Below the pieces are notes generated by a model. The model had not been told where the DNA came from and did no database searches. It saw only the letters and a list, made by a program, of their open reading frames with translations. Positions 61,847 to 64,000 of a stretch of 64,000 nt of DNA are shown in pieces. Numbering within the stretch: position 1 is the first letter of the stretch; the number at the start of each line of letters is the position of its first letter. The translations under genes were made by a program, and so were the position numbers. The stretch is taken from the NCBI GenBank assembly GCA_965224415.1, contig CBDCZB010000003.1:380807-444806 (forward strand), given 5' to 3'. The stretch is from Dehalococcoidia bacterium. GTDB lineage: Bacteria; Chloroflexota; Dehalococcoidia; Lucifugimonadales; JAGWBF01.

Positions 61847-62179
61847 ATGCTGAATTTAACCCCCGAAGAACAGGCTTGGGTGGATGAATATAGCCGTGAG
61901 CTTCGGGAACGGTTCCCGGATAATATAGAAGGCGTCGTTGTATTTGGTTCTAAGGCCCGAGGCGATGACCGTCCTGACAGTGACGTGGATCTGTTGGTGG
62001 TCCTCCGGGAAGGAGACCGGCAAATTAAGAAGGAAGCCCGGCTTCTAGGCCATCGGCTCTCGGCTGCGTGGGACGCAGTGCCGTCAATCCTCGTTTACAC
62101 CGATTCGGAATGGCAAGAGAGGGCAAAATACGGTTCACCATTTTATCGAGCTGTGATGCGTGACGGAGTGCACGTTTAG
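61847..62179 (+). CDS. Minimal nucleotidyltransferase (MNT) antitoxin
   Basis: FGSKARGDDRPDSDVDLLVV. Confidence 0.9.
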   Translation: MLNLTPEEQAWVDEYSRELRERFPDNIEGVVVFGSKARGDDRPDSDVDLLVVLREGDRQIKKEARLLGHRLSAAWDAVPSILVYTDSEWQERAKYGSPFYRAVMRDGVHV

Positions 62180-62586
62180 TGAATCCAGCGGTTGCCGGAG
62201 AGTGGAAACGCGCCAGAGAAAGTTTAGGAGCCGCACGGTCGTGCCATCGAGACGGATACCATGCGGACTCGGTCGCACGAGCCTATTGTGCAACTCTACA
62301 CGCTGCCAAGGCTGCGTTAGAGCTTCAAGGCGTATCGGCGGAAAGACACACCGACGTGCGACGTATGTTTAGATTATATCTAGTCAAGGCTGGGTTGGTT
62401 GAAGAACAATGGTTGGATGTTATCGCCGTGGGATCGGATGAACGGATGCATTCGGATTACGACGTGATGGCAGTTTTCGATGACCAAGATTCCTTCGAAG
62501 CATGTCAACGGAGCGAGGCGTTTCTAAACCGCATTCGGTTGCTGCTCGGTGGGGCCGTTGCACAGGAGGGATTGGAAGGCGGGTAA
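62179..62586 (+). CDS. HEPN domain protein (MNT partner)
   Basis: RAYCATLHAAKAAL..H..V, R..SDY; start overlaps MNT stop. Confidence 0.85.
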   Translation: MNPAVAGEWKRARESLGAARSCHRDGYHADSVARAYCATLHAAKAALELQGVSAERHTDVRRMFRLYLVKAGLVEEQWLDVIAVGSDERMHSDYDVMAVFDDQDSFEACQRSEAFLNRIRLLLGGAVAQEGLEGG

Positions 62587-62670
62587 TTTCTGGAGGGTTT
62601 CCTAGAATTGACGTAGACGGTTCGAACGTACAAATTCAATGATTCCAGAATTATAAAAAGGAGGGACAAT

Positions 62671-63117
62671 ATGCTGAAGTCGTTTTATCATACGGGGTTT
62701 GTAGTCAAGAGCTTGGAAGAGTCGGTCAAGTTCTACACCGAGATCATGGGTCTGAACCTGAAGCGGGAACCCTTTGAGGCCACCGGAGAGTCCACTGAGC
62801 AGGTGACGGGACTGAAGGGCGTCACCATGAAAGTGGCCTTCGTAGACCTGATGAACGGCCATCACCTTGAGCTTATCGAATACGTATATCCCCCCGGTAC
62901 GGAGGCCCACACCAACATAAACGACCTTGGCGCCGCTCATATAGCCTTCTACGTAGACCGGGCCGAAGAGCTCTATGAGTCGGCCAGCGCCAAGGGTGTG
63001 AAGTTCGTCAATTCTCCGGCGTACCGTTACAACGACCAGGGCGAGATCATCCGAAAAACCTTCTACGCCAGAGACCCCGACGGGAACTGGATGGAGTTCA
63101 TAGAGGCCTTGGAGTAG
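62671..63117 (+). CDS. VOC/glyoxalase family protein
   Basis: HTGFVV, LELIEY, HIAF, RDPDGNWMEF. Confidence 0.9.
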   Translation: MLKSFYHTGFVVKSLEESVKFYTEIMGLNLKREPFEATGESTEQVTGLKGVTMKVAFVDLMNGHHLELIEYVYPPGTEAHTNINDLGAAHIAFYVDRAEELYESASAKGVKFVNSPAYRYNDQGEIIRKTFYARDPDGNWMEFIEALE

Positions 63118-63121
63118 GCAC

Positions 63122-63700
63122 TTGATTCTGCTCATAGACAATTACGACAGCTTCACCTACAACCTCTACCAATATCTGTGCGAGCTGGGCGCTGAGGTTT
63201 CGGTAAGACGCAACGACGAGTTGACTCCTGAGGATGTAGAATCCATCGAGCCAAAGGGCATCGTCGTGTCCCCGGGACCGTGCACTCCCAGAGAGGCCGG
63301 AGTGTCCAACGACGTGATACTGCGCTGGGGTCCCACCATACCAACGTTGGGCGTGTGCCTGGGGCACCAGTGCATCGGCAGCGCGTTCGGGGGCGTCGTG
63401 GACCGTGCCGGGGAAATCATGCACGGCAAGACTTCCATGGTCCACCACGACGGCAAGGGCGTCTTCAAGGGACTCCCGGACCCCTTTGAGGCCATACGCT
63501 ACCACTCCCTAGCCGTCTACAAAGAAGACTTGCCCGACTCGCTGGAGGTCACAGCTTGGACCGACAACGGGATTATCATGGGCCTGCGCCACAAGGAGCA
63601 TCCGATAGAGGGGATTCAATTCCACCCGGAGTCCATCATGACTCCCGTGGGCAAGGACCTCCTCCAGAACTATCTTGACCAGGTGTATCGCAACAGCTAA
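63122..63700 (+). CDS. trpG: Anthranilate synthase/aminodeoxychorismate synthase component II
   Basis: IDNYDSFTYNL, SPGP, GVCLGHQ, RYHSL, QFHPES. Confidence 0.95.
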   Translation: MILLIDNYDSFTYNLYQYLCELGAEVSVRRNDELTPEDVESIEPKGIVVSPGPCTPREAGVSNDVILRWGPTIPTLGVCLGHQCIGSAFGGVVDRAGEIMHGKTSMVHHDGKGVFKGLPDPFEAIRYHSLAVYKEDLPDSLEVTAWTDNGIIMGLRHKEHPIEGIQFHPESIMTPVGKDLLQNYLDQVYRNS

Positions 63701-63739
63701 GACAGCTCTCCAAGCCGGCGAAACAGCAGGAGGTAATTG

Positions 63740-64000
63740 ATGACAACTCCGTCCAGCGAAGGTCCTATGGGTGTGTGGCGTCCCCCGTCATCGCGGGAGA
63801 TGCGGGAAAACCGGGTCAAGCGGGTGTTGAGGGAGGGGAAGTGCGCCGTCTGCATTTACGGTGTTCCCACCGCTGACATGGCCGAGGTGATGGGCAACCT
63901 GGGCTACGACGCCATCTGGATTGAGATGGAACATGCGCCTCCCACACTGACCCTCAGGGACGTGGCGGAGATTTCCCGTGCCTGCGACCTATGGGGCATG
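63740..64000 (+). CDS. HpcH/HpaI aldolase/citrate lyase family, 5' part (runs off window)
   Basis: GGAGG RBS; MRENRVKRVLREG..GYDAIWIEMEH. Confidence 0.8.
   Translation, partial: MTTPSSEGPMGVWRPPSSREMRENRVKRVLREGKCAVCIYGVPTADMAEVMGNLGYDAIWIEMEHAPPTLTLRDVAEISRACDLWGM

Overview
GC-rich bacterial window whose gene content (tandem NIPSNAP, LLM monooxygenases, SDR, acyl-CoA-dehydrogenase-fold hydroxylase, greA-lysS-serS, T-box-led trpS-trpE) suggests Chloroflexota, probably SAR202/Dehalococcoidia (inference). Core blocks: aconitase/lrp/tRNA-Ser, tRNA-Ala/serS/lysS/greA, miaB-nadA-nadC/dtd and trpS-trpE-trpG. They are interleaved with decaying mobile DNA: two P4-like integrase/AlpA elements, a satellite-like HNH+capsid remnant, and an IS pile-up (IS3 x3, IS1182, IS110, IS630 x4, IS21, ISNCY). 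Defence-type genes include DpnI-like, ApeA/HEPN-like, a decayed MvaI/BcnI R-M pair and an MNT-HEPN TA. Best observations: (1) matching integrase arm sites plus a tRNA-Ser 3' core at 13.7 kb and 47.6 kb bracket about 34 kb that includes serS, lysS and greA; (2) an IS110 whose bridge-RNA target and donor guides can be read against its own junctions; (3) an integrase-less HEPN islet flanked by an 80-bp duplication of a gene 3' end; (4) a Zn-ribbon / catalytically degenerate RuvC / DUF309 operon. All family calls come from motif recognition by eye; no searches were run.
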